The notes under the pieces were generated by a model, which was not told the DNA's origin, searched no databases, and worked only from the letters and a program-made list of their open reading frames with translations. Source: Patescibacteria group bacterium (GTDB lineage Bacteria > Patescibacteriota > Patescibacteriia > Magasanikbacterales > GWA2-37-8). From it: DNA of 64,000 nucleotides. The DNA lies in NCBI GenBank assembly GCA_041649475.1, contig JBAZNA010000001.1, positions 264,612 to 328,611 of the forward strand. The letters run 5' to 3'. Numbering within the stretch: the first letter of the stretch is position 1; every line of letters starts with the position of its first letter. The position numbers and the translations under genes are program-made. Below, piece after piece: positions 1 to 9,482 of this stretch.

Positions 1-1280
1 CGAAAGACAATGGCCGCTTAATCGCCAGCTTGAAATCTTTGCGCGACATGGGAAATACCGTGATTGTGGTTGAGCATGACAGCGCCATGATGCTCGCCGC
101 CGATTATGTGGTTGATGTTGGTCCGGGCGCGGGCATTGAAGGCGGAAAAATAATGGCCAAAGGCACGGTCGCGGAAATTAAAAAATCAAAAAATTCTTTG
201 ACCGGGGCGTATTTGTCCGGCCGGGAGAAAATTGAATGCACCAAAGAAAAAGCCGCGCGCGGTGCGGGCGCCAAAGCGGATAAGAAAAATTTGAAGGCAA
301 TAAAAATCACCGGCGCCAAGGCCTATAATTTAAAAAATATTGATGTTGATCTGCCGTTAGGAAAATTGGTTTGCGTGACCGGTGTTTCCGGCTCGGGCAA
401 ATCAACTTTGGTAATAGATATTTTAGGCAAGGCCCTGGCTAAGAAATTTTATCGCGCCAAAGACGAACCGGGCGCGCACAAAAGCATCTCCGGCACGGAA
501 AATATTGATAAAGTTATTACCATTGACCAGTCGCCAATTGGGCGCACGCCACGATCTAACCCGGCTACCTATACCGGCGTGTTTACTTTAATTCGCGACT
601 TGTTCGCCGATTTGCCGGAAGCGCGCATGCACAGTTATGACGCGGGCAAGTTCAGCTTTAATGTCAAAGGCGGAGGCAGGTGCGAGGCCTGTGCCGGCGA
701 GGGCTATGTGCGCATCCCGATGCAATTTTTGGCCGATGTTTATGTGCAGTGCAGTGAATGCGGCGGTGCGAGATATAATCGCGAGGCGCTGGAAATTCAT
801 TACCGCAATAAAAATATTTCCGATGTTTTGAACATGACCATTGATGAGGCCTATAACTTTTTTAATGACATTCCCAATATTGCCGACAAGTTGAATGTCT
901 TGCGCAAAGTTGGTTTGGGGTATATTCAGTTGGGTCAGCCGGCAACCACACTGTCCGGCGGTGAGGCCCAGCGCGTTAAATTAGCCACTGAACTTTCTCG
1001 TGCTTCCACCGGCAGTACTTTATATATTTTAGACGAGCCGACTACCGGTCTGCATTTTGAAGATATAAAACATTTGCTTCAGGTCTTGAATCAGTTGGTC
1101 GCCAAGGGGAACACTGTTCTTATTATTGAACACAACTTGGATGTCATTAGATGCTCTGATTGGATTATTGATATGGGGCCGGGCGGAGGCCGACACGGGG
1201 GAGTGGTTGTAGCCAAAGGCACGCCGGCGGATGTGATGAAAATTAAGACCAGTTGGACAGGGAAATACCTAAAGGAATAG
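1..1280 (+). CDS. uvrA: Excinuclease ABC subunit A (UvrA), C-terminal part; 5' end lies outside the window
   Basis: Translation from position 3 reads ...[25 protein letters not shown], continuous with the ORF from 30. UvrA C-terminal ABC module is recognisable ([12 protein letters not shown], Zn-finger CEACAGEGY...CSECGG). Confidence 0.9.
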   Translation, partial: KDNGRLIASLKSLRDMGNTVIVVEHDSAMMLAADYVVDVGPGAGIEGGKIMAKGTVAEIKKSKNSLTGAYLSGREKIECTKEKAARGAGAKADKKNLKAIKITGAKAYNLKNIDVDLPLGKLVCVTGVSGSGKSTLVIDILGKALAKKFYRAKDEPGAHKSISGTENIDKVITIDQSPIGRTPRSNPATYTGVFTLIRDLFADLPEARMHSYDAGKFSFNVKGGGRCEACAGEGYVRIPMQFLADVYVQCSECGGARYNREALEIHYRNKNISDVLNMTIDEAYNFFNDIPNIADKLNVLRKVGLGYIQLGQPATTLSGGEAQRVKLATELSRASTGSTLYILDEPTTGLHFEDIKHLLQVLNQLVAKGNTVLIIEHNLDVIRCSDWIIDMGPGGGRHGGVVVAKGTPADVMKIKTSWTGKYLKE

Positions 1281-1294
1281 AATTAAAAAACAAA

Positions 1295-1396
1295 AAAGAG
1301 GGAGTAGTAATTGTCTTTAAGCGGGTTTGACCGCCACAGCGGTCACCCTGAGCCTCGCGGCGAGGAAAGCGAAAAGATAATTACTACTCCCTCTTT
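1295..1396. terminator. Bidirectional intrinsic terminator between convergent uvrA and rplS. An 18-bp perfect inverted repeat (1295-1312 / 1379-1396) encloses a ~66-nt loop that carries two sub-hairpins (GACCGC-CACA-GCGGTC; CCTCGC-G-GCGAGG). An A-run lies 5' and a T-run 3'
   Basis: Inverted repeat read directly: AAAGAGGGAGTAGTAATT ... AATTACTACTCCCTCTTT. On the minus strand it is followed at once by TTTTTTGTTTTTT. Confidence 0.7.
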
Positions 1397-1408
1397 GATT
1401 ATATATTT

Positions 1409-1741
1409 TTATTTTTTTTCCTTCAAACGTCTCTTAAACATCGGGTCTCTTAAGTAGTTTAATTTCGCTCTGCGGACGTCGTATTGTTTCACGACTTCAA
1501 TCTTGTCAACGACCGGTGAGTGGATTGGGAAGATTTTTTCTACACCCACGCCATTGCTGATTTTTCTGACGGTGATGGTGCCGCCGGCTTCCTGGCCGTG
1601 TTTGGCCGCAATAATCGTACCCTCAAAAACCTGGATACGTTCTTTTTCTTCGCCCTTGGCATTTAATTCTTTGATTTTTTGATGAACCTTTACGACCATG
1701 CCTGGTTTGTAAATGGTTTCGGTCTGTGTGGTTTCGGTCAT
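1409..1741 (-). CDS. rplS: 50S ribosomal protein L19
   Basis: 110 aa. KVHQKI...[11 protein letters not shown]...[17 protein letters not shown] matches bL19. Confidence 0.9.
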   Translation of the reverse strand: MTETTQTETIYKPGMVVKVHQKIKELNAKGEEKERIQVFEGTIIAAKHGQEAGGTITVRKISNGVGVEKIFPIHSPVVDKIEVVKQYDVRRAKLNYLRDPMFKRRLKEKK

Positions 1742-1777
1742 ATTTAGAAAAACAAGTATTTAATTGGTTGCTTTATC

Positions 1778-2350
1778 CTATACTAATTCAGCTTTTTTGT
1801 CAACAATGAACTTGGCTACCTTATCAACGGTTTCGGAGAGTTCACCTTCTTTATTTACTACTCTAAAATCGTAATTTTTTGATTGTTCCACCTCGTTTTT
1901 GGCCTGTTCAAGCCGTTTGGCAATAATTTTTGGATCGTTTATGCCGCCGCGCCTCTCAATTCTCTCTTTTAAAACTTCCATGCTTTCCGGCATTAAAAAT
2001 ACCGACAAACTGGGGAAGCCGGCCTTATCAATGTTTTCTTTGCCGTGCACCTCAACATTGGTAAAGACAAAATCATATTTTTTTAGAGGTTCTTCAAGAT
2101 TTTTTCGTTCAACCCCGTAATAATTGTCGGAGTAGATGTTGTGTTCAATAAATTTATTTTCATTTAGTCGTTTTTTAAATTCATCCGGGCTGACAAAAAA
2201 ATACTCAATACCGTTTTGTTCGTGCGGCCGGGGCGGACGGGTAGTGGTGGTGGTCAGGCGCACTGAATTGGGAAATTTTTTTATCAGCTCTCTGATAACC
2301 GCATCTTTGCCGCCGCCGGAAGGGGAGGAGATGATTATAAGTTGGCCCAT
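1778..2350 (-). CDS. gmk: Guanylate kinase
   Basis: P-loop SPSGGGK and TTTRPPRP..G.EYFFVS..EF pattern typical of guanylate kinase. Confidence 0.8.
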   Translation of the reverse strand: MGQLIIISSPSGGGKDAVIRELIKKFPNSVRLTTTTTRPPRPHEQNGIEYFFVSPDEFKKRLNENKFIEHNIYSDNYYGVERKNLEEPLKKYDFVFTNVEVHGKENIDKAGFPSLSVFLMPESMEVLKERIERRGGINDPKIIAKRLEQAKNEVEQSKNYDFRVVNKEGELSETVDKVAKFIVDKKAELV

Positions 2351-2359
2351 AAAGTTAAA

Positions 2360-3316
2360 TTATTTTAAAAGTTTTAAAAATTCGCTTAGTTTTTTTGGCA
2401 GGGGTGATTCAAATGATTGTTTTTCATTTTTCAAATCAGTGAATTCCAATTTTACAGAATGTAAAAATAATCGGCCCAGTTTTTCGTCCCAGGTTCGTTT
2501 TTGTTTTTTGTTTAAATACAGCTGGTCGCCGACCACCGGATTGCCATAGGCGAAGAAATGGGCGCGGATTTGGTGCATACGGCCGGTGTGGATTTTTACG
2601 CGCAATAGTGTAAAATTTACAAATCTTTTTTCTATCCAGAATTCAGTTTTAGCTTCTTTAGTATCAGATTCATCAAACGGAACTGCAGCCATACGATCTT
2701 CGGTTCGGGATCTTCTTAAAGGAAAATTTATTTCGCCCCAATCTTTTGCTACTTTGCCATGTACCAACACTGTGTATTCTTTATTTATGGTTCTATCTTT
2801 AAATTGTTTTTTTAGATGTTCAAACATCGGTTGCGTACGGGCAACCACTAATAGGCCGGATGCCTCTTTATCCAATCTATGCGCAATACCCGGACGAATT
2901 GGATCATCGCCAACTTTTTTTACTTCCGGATATTTTTTGATTAGAAATTCAGTGAGCGCGTTTTTTTCTTCAGCCATGGTGGGGTGGGTAAGCATACCGG
3001 TGGGCTTATCAACTACGATGTATTCCGGAGTTGCGGCGATGATTTTTACGGGTTCGAGTTTTTTTGTTGTTTTGCCTGCTTTATTTTGTGATTTTAAATT
3101 TTTTGTAGTTTCGGATTTAGCGATTTCAATTTTATTGCCTTCAATCAATCTGTCTCCCGCTTTTTTGGGCAGTTTTCCGTTTACCGTCACAAAATTTTGT
3201 TCAATTAATTTTTGCACTTGTGACCGGCTCATTTCCAGTTTGGCGGATAAAAAAATGTCGAGGCGGGTGCCTGAAAATTTAGAATCAACTATCACATTAT
3301 TTTTAGGTGAAACCAT
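2360..3316 (-). CDS. RluA-family 23S rRNA pseudouridine synthase (RluD-like) with N-terminal S4 domain
   Basis: S4-like N-terminus (RLD.FL...SRS.VQKLI..G.V.VNG) and catalytic HRLDKEASGLLVVA motif. Confidence 0.85.
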   Translation of the reverse strand: MVSPKNNVIVDSKFSGTRLDIFLSAKLEMSRSQVQKLIEQNFVTVNGKLPKKAGDRLIEGNKIEIAKSETTKNLKSQNKAGKTTKKLEPVKIIAATPEYIVVDKPTGMLTHPTMAEEKNALTEFLIKKYPEVKKVGDDPIRPGIAHRLDKEASGLLVVARTQPMFEHLKKQFKDRTINKEYTVLVHGKVAKDWGEINFPLRRSRTEDRMAAVPFDESDTKEAKTEFWIEKRFVNFTLLRVKIHTGRMHQIRAHFFAYGNPVVGDQLYLNKKQKRTWDEKLGRLFLHSVKLEFTDLKNEKQSFESPLPKKLSEFLKLLK

Positions 3317-3320
3317 AATG

Positions 3321-3394
3321 TGCGCTCGGATGGACTCGGACCATCGACCCCTGCCTTATAAGGGCAGTGCTCTAACCAACTGAGCTACGAGCGC
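3321..3394 (-). tRNA. tRNA with anticodon UAU (Ile, AUA-decoding type). CCA is not encoded and the T-loop has C at position 55
   Basis: Reverse complement folds as a cloverleaf: GCGCTCG-TA-GCTC-AGTTGGTTA-GAGC-A-CTGCC-CTTATAA-GGCAG-GGGTC-GATGG-TCCGAGT-CCATC-CGAGCGC-A. Acceptor, D and anticodon stems are perfect. Confidence 0.75.
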
Positions 3395-3470
3395 GTTTGA
3401 GGTGTTTAAAAACTGCGACTAGTATACCATTTTCCTTTATTTTTTCAAGAGCTGACTGCGTCTTTAAGGG

Positions 3471-4043
3471 TTGCCAAACCAACGCCGAATTGCTAGAATA
3501 CCCGCACCAAATATGTCTGACTTTAATACAAAACTGTTTTTCAAGATAAATAATCTGGTCGGCAAGAATAGATATTTTGATGCCTTTAGCAAGGCCGGAG
3601 CCGAATGGGTGATAGTGACTATGATCGGCTGGTATGTTGCCGCCGACTTTTTATATAATTTGCCCAGCAAACGGCTGACTTTTTGGCCGATTGCGTTTTT
3701 AGGATTGGCCTGGTCAATCGGCTGGCTGATTAATCTGTTTATTGGCATGCTAGTGCGCGAACCGCGGCCGCACGTTATTTATCCGCAGGCCAAATTATTG
3801 TTTCAGCCGCTGATGAGTTGGAAGTCGTTTCCTTCCGACCACACCATGTCCGCTTTTCTCATTTTTTTCATGGCCTTGATTTTTCATCTGCCCGGAGCCT
3901 GGGCGCTACTGGTTATGGCCTTGTGGGTGGCTTGGGGCCGGATTTATGCCGGCGTGCATTATCCGTTTGATATTGTCGGCGGTTTTGGCGTCGCGCTTTT
4001 TATGTCTGCTGTCTCATACTATATATTATTGGCAATCTTTTAG
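3471..4043 (+). CDS. PAP2-family phosphatase (undecaprenyl-diphosphatase / phosphatidic acid phosphatase type 2). The start may be the internal Met at ~3513
   Basis: PAP2 motifs REPRP, FPSDHT and GVHYPFD within a multi-TM protein. Confidence 0.75.
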   Translation: MPNQRRIARIPAPNMSDFNTKLFFKINNLVGKNRYFDAFSKAGAEWVIVTMIGWYVAADFLYNLPSKRLTFWPIAFLGLAWSIGWLINLFIGMLVREPRPHVIYPQAKLLFQPLMSWKSFPSDHTMSAFLIFFMALIFHLPGAWALLVMALWVAWGRIYAGVHYPFDIVGGFGVALFMSAVSYYILLAIF

Positions 4044-4045
4044 AT

Positions 4046-4585
4046 ATGTTGGATAATTGGAAAATTTTAAAAAAAGAAACCGCGTTTAAAAATAAATGGC
4101 GGCAGGTTGATAGGTGGGATATTCAGTTCCCCGACGGATCACAAAAAGATTTTTATTTTACCGTCAGTCCTGATTTTGTATTTGTTATCGCGCTCGCGGC
4201 GGATAAAAATATTGTTTTGATTAATCAATATTTTATCCAGTCCGATGAAAATGTTTTGACCCTGCCTGCCGGATATCTTGATGACGGTGAAACTCCACTC
4301 GCGACAGCCAAACGGGAGCTCTTGGAAGAAACCGGCTACGAAGCGAAAGAATGGATGGAACTGGGGACGCAACATGCGGGTAAATGGACCACCAACAAGG
4401 TTCATTTTGTCCTGGCGTTAGGCGCTTATAAAAAAGGTGAGCAGGATTTGGAGGTTAGTGAGTATATAGAAGTGATTGAAAGGAGCGTGACGGATGTTAA
4501 AGAAATGTTAAGAGCAGGAAAATTTGGTGAAGTTTACGCCGTTGCCGGCTTGTATCTCGCTTTAGATTATCTAAATAAATTATAA
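4046..4585 (+). CDS. NUDIX hydrolase (ADP-ribose pyrophosphatase-like); native low-GC copy
   Basis: Nudix box GYLDDGETPLATAKRELLEETG. Confidence 0.8.
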   Translation: MLDNWKILKKETAFKNKWRQVDRWDIQFPDGSQKDFYFTVSPDFVFVIALAADKNIVLINQYFIQSDENVLTLPAGYLDDGETPLATAKRELLEETGYEAKEWMELGTQHAGKWTTNKVHFVLALGAYKKGEQDLEVSEYIEVIERSVTDVKEMLRAGKFGEVYAVAGLYLALDYLNKL

Positions 4586-4666
4586 AAACATTATATCTTA
4601 TGATATAAACTCATTCATTCGGAAATGAAATTATAAATAATTTCATTTCTCTCATTCATTTCGTTT

Positions 4667-5359
4667 ATGAACGCAATCATTCTTTGCGGCGGTTTGTCCA
4701 CGCGCTTAAAAGACATCACCAAAAGCATTCCGAAAATCTTGCTTGATATAAAAGGCCGGACGGTTTTGGATTGGCAACTGGAGAAATTAAAAAAAGTCGG
4801 GATTAACGAGGTGGTTTTGGCGGCCGGACACCTGTCGGATGTTTTGCAAACCATGGTGGGCGAAGAGCGGCTGGGTGTGAAATTGATCTACGCCATTGAA
4901 CCGGAACGGCTCGGCACCGGCGGCGCCATAAAATATGCCTGGAGTTATACACCGCACCAAGCTGACCCGGTTATTATTTTAAACGGCGACATTCTCACGC
5001 ACATTGATTTGGGCGACATGATCGGCAAATTAAAACCGGAAAGCGAAGGTTTGGTTTTGGGATCAAAAGTTGACGATGCTTTTACCTATGGCACTTTGGA
5101 GTTTGATGCCAAAGATAATCACCTGAAGCAGTTTAAGGAAAAAGCCGGTTTGCATGAACCGGGCTACATCAACGGCGGTTTTTATATTTTCAATAAATCC
5201 GCCAAACAGTATTTTCCCAATCAAAACGCCTTTAGCATTGAATATGACGTTTTTCCGTTTATGAAAGATCTGTTCGTATATCCGTCGGATGAACCGTGGA
5301 TTGACATCGGCGTGCCGGAGCGTCTGGAGTGGGCCAAAAATAATTGGACTCAAAGTTAA
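4667..5359 (+). CDS. Sugar-phosphate nucleotidyltransferase (NTP_transferase family)
   Basis: N-terminal AIILCGGLSTRL...KPIL signature of sugar-1-P nucleotidyltransferases. Confidence 0.7.
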   Translation: MNAIILCGGLSTRLKDITKSIPKILLDIKGRTVLDWQLEKLKKVGINEVVLAAGHLSDVLQTMVGEERLGVKLIYAIEPERLGTGGAIKYAWSYTPHQADPVIILNGDILTHIDLGDMIGKLKPESEGLVLGSKVDDAFTYGTLEFDAKDNHLKQFKEKAGLHEPGYINGGFYIFNKSAKQYFPNQNAFSIEYDVFPFMKDLFVYPSDEPWIDIGVPERLEWAKNNWTQS

Positions 5360-6258
5360 ATATGTCTTTTAATAAAAAAGTCACGGTGATTTCGGTCTTG
5401 ATAATTTTGGGCATGGCCGCCTACGGCGCCCTGCGTGTTTATAATAAATTGCATCCGAAATTTACTCCAATTCCAGCAAAGCCCGAGTTGACTATTACCA
5501 TTATTCCGGGTTGGAATTTAGGCCAGGTTGAGGATTATTTTATCAAGCAGGGCTTGGCCAAGGGTCCGTTTTTGGACAAAATAATGGTGCCGCCGGCAAT
5601 TGAAATTTCACTAAAGCGTTCTTTGCCTGCGGATATCTTGACTGATCCGGATAATCCGCCTTTAAAAGTTTTAAAAGACAAGCCATGGTTTGTCAGTTAT
5701 GAAGGGTATTTGGCGCCGGATACTTACCGGGTTTTTGCGGACGCGTCTATTACCAGCACCCTGATGAAATTAATTAAAGAACGCGATTCGCAATTTACGG
5801 AAAAAATGTATCAGGACACGGATGATTTTTGGCGCCGTGTTTATAATAACAAAATCGAGACGCCTTTGAACGTTCACCAGCTTTTGACCATGGCCAGCAT
5901 AATTGAAAAAGAAGTCAGGGATGGTGCAGACAGGGTGAAAGTGGCGGATATTTTATGGCGCCGATATTTAAAGGGCTGGGCATTGCAGGTTGATTCCAGT
6001 GTGCATTACGCGGTTGATAAGAGTGGCACTGTTTTTACCACTGACAAGGAACGAAGCATTGATTCGCCGTGGAATACCTATAAATATCCGGGCTTGCCGA
6101 CCGGACCGATTTGCAACCCGGGCTTGTCGTCAATTATGTCCGCGCTCTATCCGGAGCCGAATAATTTTTGGTATTTTATGACTGATAAAGACGGGCAGGT
6201 GCATTATGCGAAGACGCTTGATGAACAGAATTATAATGTAAATAAGTATTTGCGCTAG
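5344..6258 (+). CDS. mltG: Endolytic murein transglycosylase MltG (YceG family). The start is possibly at 5362
   Basis: N-terminal TM segment, EGYLAPDTYRV and ASIIEKE motifs, and C-terminal YAKTLDEQNYNV are characteristic of YceG/MltG. Confidence 0.8.
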   Translation: MDSKLNMSFNKKVTVISVLIILGMAAYGALRVYNKLHPKFTPIPAKPELTITIIPGWNLGQVEDYFIKQGLAKGPFLDKIMVPPAIEISLKRSLPADILTDPDNPPLKVLKDKPWFVSYEGYLAPDTYRVFADASITSTLMKLIKERDSQFTEKMYQDTDDFWRRVYNNKIETPLNVHQLLTMASIIEKEVRDGADRVKVADILWRRYLKGWALQVDSSVHYAVDKSGTVFTTDKERSIDSPWNTYKYPGLPTGPICNPGLSSIMSALYPEPNNFWYFMTDKDGQVHYAKTLDEQNYNVNKYLR

Positions 6259-6259
6259 T

Positions 6260-7372
6260 ATGCTCACTTCCACATTTGACTACCAATTACCAAAAGAAGC
6301 GATTGCCCAAGTGCCGGCTGAACCGAGGGATTCTTCCAAGCTGATGGTGGTTGATAGAAAAGATAAAACAACCCAGGATCGGAATTTTTCTGATATTGGC
6401 GAATATCTGGGAACAGGCGATTTGCTGGTTTGGAATAACACCAAGGTCTTTAAAGCGCGTCTGCGCGGACAGATTACGTTGGACGAAGCGGCCGACGGCA
6501 TTGATAAAAAAATCAAATCAACCGATAAAATTTGGAACTCGGCGCCGGTGGAGATTTTTTTAATCAGGCCCACGGAAAACAACAAGGTCTGGAAAGTGCT
6601 GGCCAAGCCGGGGAAAAAATTGCGATTGGGAATGAAGGTTGTTTTCACCGAAGATTTTTTTTGTGAGGTTTTACTGGGGGAAGATGATGGAACTTTTTTA
6701 GTGCAGTTTGATGATGACGACATGGCAGTGCGGGCCAAGGCGAACAAATACGGCGAGGTGCCGACGCCGCCGTATATCAGCGTTGGCATGGGTGATAATC
6801 TGGAAGACAAGTATCAGACCGTTTACGCTTCGCGCGAGGGTTCGGTGGCCGCGCCTACGGCCGGGTTTCATTTTACGCCGGAGTTGATTGAAAAATTGGA
6901 AAAGAAAGGCGTGCAATTTGCCGAGGTGACTTTGCATGTCGGTCTAGGGACATTTTTACCGGTTAAAACCGAAAAAGTTGAAGATCATAAAATGCACAGC
7001 GAGTGGGTGGAGGTGACGGCAAAGAACGTTGATTTGATAAATCAAGCCAAAGCGGAGGGCAGACGAGTGGTGGCGGTTGGAACTACGACCGTGCGGACGC
7101 TGGAAGGAATTGTGATGCTACAAAAAAATATGAGCGGCACGCCGCCGCAGTTAAAACCTTATTCGGGCGATATAAATATTTTTATCACCCCGGGGTTTGA
7201 ATTTAAAGTCGTTGATGTTTTGATTACGAATTTCCATTTGCCGAAGTCAACGTTGCTGATGCTGGTGTCGGCTTTTGTTGGTGATACACAGTTTATATTA
7301 AATTGTTATCAAAAAGCCATAAATTTTGGCTATAGATTTTATAGTTTTGGCGACGCAATGCTGATAAAATAA
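6260..7372 (+). CDS. queA: S-adenosylmethionine:tRNA ribosyltransferase-isomerase
   Basis: FDYQLPKEAIAQ.P..PRDSSKLMVV N-terminus and overall QueA pattern. Confidence 0.85.
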   Translation: MLTSTFDYQLPKEAIAQVPAEPRDSSKLMVVDRKDKTTQDRNFSDIGEYLGTGDLLVWNNTKVFKARLRGQITLDEAADGIDKKIKSTDKIWNSAPVEIFLIRPTENNKVWKVLAKPGKKLRLGMKVVFTEDFFCEVLLGEDDGTFLVQFDDDDMAVRAKANKYGEVPTPPYISVGMGDNLEDKYQTVYASREGSVAAPTAGFHFTPELIEKLEKKGVQFAEVTLHVGLGTFLPVKTEKVEDHKMHSEWVEVTAKNVDLINQAKAEGRRVVAVGTTTVRTLEGIVMLQKNMSGTPPQLKPYSGDINIFITPGFEFKVVDVLITNFHLPKSTLLMLVSAFVGDTQFILNCYQKAINFGYRFYSFGDAMLIK

Positions 7373-7414
7373 ACCAGCGATTTATTTTTAGATTATTAGT
7401 GAGCAAACAAAAAA

Positions 7415-7477
7415 CCACCTGCTCGTTACTTTCCAACCCTATTGAAAAGTATCGAGCATTACAGGTGGTTTTTTTAT
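7415..7477 (+). terminator. queA intrinsic terminator: 7-bp stem CCACCTG/CAGGTGG around a 40-nt loop, then T9
   Basis: AAAAAACCACCTG...CAGGTGGTTTTTTTATT read directly. Confidence 0.65.
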
Positions 7478-7526
7478 TACCTCGCCGCCACACCCCAAAA
7501 TTCGGGTGTGGCGGGAGGATGGACCG

Positions 7527-8060
7527 CTACGGGAACATCGCGTCGTACATCGCGATGACCGTCTCATGGACGCTCTCGGCCACGAGACGCTCGCGATCGT
7601 AGGCCGCGACTCCCAGCTGGACGTCGTATTCGCCCGGATCGAGCTTGATGCTGGCGAGCTCCTCCGGCGTCAACTCGAAGGCGAACTGGAGTGCTGGTTG
7701 GGTGGCCAGTGAGCCCGGCTCGTTGATGTAGTGAAAAACTGCGGCCACCATCTCGAGCCGGTCGGGCGAGACCGCGAGACCAAGCTCCTCGTTCAGCTTG
7801 CGGATGGCCGCGTTCTTGGGGAGCTCATCCTTCCCCGCCCGCCCGCCGAACCACCACGCTCCGCGCCGGGGCTGGCACCGTCGCGTGGCCAGGTAGAAAA
7901 GCTTGGCCGCCTTGTTCACGCCGACGATGTCGACAACGTAGATCGGCATGAGCAACTTGATTGGCTCAAAAAGCTGGTCCGGAATCCGTTCGTACTGGCC
8001 GACACCGGCCCCTTCGTCGATCACTGTTATGACCGGCAGAAACCTAACCTCGACTGTCAT
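7527..8060 (-). CDS. NUDIX hydrolase encoded in a ~60% GC island (foreign composition)
   Basis: Nudix box GGRAGKDELPKNAAIRKLNEELGL. Strong SD AAGGAGGGGG 5 nt upstream of the ATG. GC content is sharply above the flanks. A GC-rich hairpin (7484-7515) follows the stop codon. Confidence 0.8.
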   Translation of the reverse strand: MTVEVRFLPVITVIDEGAGVGQYERIPDQLFEPIKLLMPIYVVDIVGVNKAAKLFYLATRRCQPRRGAWWFGGRAGKDELPKNAAIRKLNEELGLAVSPDRLEMVAAVFHYINEPGSLATQPALQFAFELTPEELASIKLDPGEYDVQLGVAAYDRERLVAESVHETVIAMYDAMFP

Positions 8061-8162
8061 GGCCCCCTCCTTTCTTGGGAGTTGAGGGTTTGGTCCGTTT
8101 TTGGCGAACTGACAATGGTAACATTGCTAAAAGGTTTTGTCAAGATCTATACACTCATAAAT

Positions 8163-8192
8163 AAAAAATCCGAGCTTGCGCCCGGATTTTTT
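8163..8192 (-). terminator. rplK intrinsic terminator (hairpin ATCCGGGC-GCAA-GCTCGGAT followed by T6 on the minus strand)
   Basis: AAAAAATCCGAGCTTGCGCCCGGATTTTTT read directly. Confidence 0.6.
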
Positions 8193-8204
8193 AAATATAT
8201 TTTT

Positions 8205-8630
8205 TTAACCTTCCACCGTCACACCCATATTTCTGGCCGTGCCTTCCACCATCTTCATTGCCGCTTCAACCGTGTGGCAGTTTAAGTCAGGCATTTTCTT
8301 TTCGGCAATCTGACGAACCTGGGCCTTGGTGATTTTGCCAACCTTATCTTGTAACGGCTTGGCCGAACCTTTGGCGATTCCAGCTGCTTTCTTAATCAAT
8401 TCCGGCACCGGCGGGGTTTTCATTATGAAAGTGAAACTTCTGTCTTCATAGATTGAAATAACCACCGGTACTATTTCGCCTTTTTTGTCCTGGGTTTTCT
8501 CGTTAAATTCCTTGCAAAAGCCCTGGATGTTTACGCCGTGCTGGCCCAAAGCCGGACCGATTGGAGGCGCCGGGTTGGCAGCTCCGCCCGGGATCTGCAA
8601 TTTGATCTGTGTGAGTAGTTTTTTAGCCAT
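8205..8630 (-). CDS. rplK: 50S ribosomal protein L11
   Basis: [27 protein letters not shown]... is canonical uL11. Confidence 0.95.
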   Translation of the reverse strand: MAKKLLTQIKLQIPGGAANPAPPIGPALGQHGVNIQGFCKEFNEKTQDKKGEIVPVVISIYEDRSFTFIMKTPPVPELIKKAAGIAKGSAKPLQDKVGKITKAQVRQIAEKKMPDLNCHTVEAAMKMVEGTARNMGVTVEG

Positions 8631-8642
8631 ATATATTATTTA

Positions 8643-9188
8643 TTATATTTTTTTAACTTGCATCGCGTCCAACTCAACCGGGGTTTCGCGTCCGAACATG
8701 GTGATTAACACCTTGATCTTGCCGCGTTCTTCGTCAACATTATTAATTTTTCCTTCAAAATTCTTAAATGGTCCGTCGGTAATGCGCACTGGGTCATTAA
8801 TTTCCAGATCAATTTTGTGTTGGGGTTCGGCCGCACTCATGCGTTTGAGCAAGTTGTCAACTTCGGATTGATCAACCGGAGTAGGGGTGGTGCCGGAACC
8901 GACGAAGCCGGTGACATTGGGGGTATTTCGCACCACATACCAGGAGTCATCGGTTACGACCATCTCCACCAGAATATACCCGGGGAAGATTTTTTCGTCA
9001 ACCGTAGTCCGCTTACCATTTTTTATTTTTATCTTTTTTTCTTTTGGAACCAAAACATTAAAAATTTTATCCTGCATGGCAAATGACTCAATACGCTGTT
9101 CCAAATTGTGTTTTACATTTTCTTCATAGCCGCTGTAGGTGTGAAGCACATACCAGCGCTTGCCGAGGTTTAACGTCTGTTTAGCCAT
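8643..9188 (-). CDS. nusG: Transcription termination/antitermination protein NusG
   Basis: WYVLHTYSGYE...FPGYILVEM... and C-terminal KOW domain (PFKNFEGKI..VDEERGKIKVLI.MFGRETPVEL). Confidence 0.9.
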   Translation of the reverse strand: MAKQTLNLGKRWYVLHTYSGYEENVKHNLEQRIESFAMQDKIFNVLVPKEKKIKIKNGKRTTVDEKIFPGYILVEMVVTDDSWYVVRNTPNVTGFVGSGTTPTPVDQSEVDNLLKRMSAAEPQHKIDLEINDPVRITDGPFKNFEGKINNVDEERGKIKVLITMFGRETPVELDAMQVKKI

Positions 9189-9200
9189 ACATTCTCCTTA

Positions 9201-9389
9201 TTATTTGGTAATTAAAGTTGTTATACCTGAATTAAAAATATAATCCAGCAAACTGAAAAAAACAGCAAAGCCCAAGCTTAAACCGATAACCAAAACACTG
9301 TAGTTAATGGTCTGTTTTTTGGTCGGCCAGCTCACCTTTTTCATTTCATGAAATGAACCGACAAAGTAATTTTTTATTGCCTCTATCAT
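9201..9389 (-). CDS. secE: Preprotein translocase subunit SecE
   Basis: 62-aa single-TM protein (KKVSWPTKKQTINYSVLVIGLSLGFAVFF) immediately upstream of nusG. Confidence 0.8.
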   Translation of the reverse strand: MIEAIKNYFVGSFHEMKKVSWPTKKQTINYSVLVIGLSLGFAVFFSLLDYIFNSGITTLITK

Positions 9390-9414
9390 ATTATGGGTGT
9401 TTAATTTTAGTATT

Positions 9415-9434
9415 TAAAAACGGCCCTGGGCCGT
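9415..9434 (-). terminator. gyrB intrinsic terminator (ACGGCC-CAG-GGCCGT then T5 on the minus strand)
   Basis: Hairpin plus T-run downstream of the gyrB stop. Confidence 0.55.
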
Positions 9435-9482
9435 ATTAATGCTCAAAATATACCACAACCCCTTAAAGTTGTCAAGTTTTGG

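Noticed and set aside
9447-9475. TTGACA-17-TATATT on the minus strand between gyrB and secE, read as a possible secE promoter
   Set aside because: The inferred start site sits immediately upstream of the gyrB terminator hairpin plus T-run, so transcripts would terminate at once. Possibly coincidental or an attenuator; not called.
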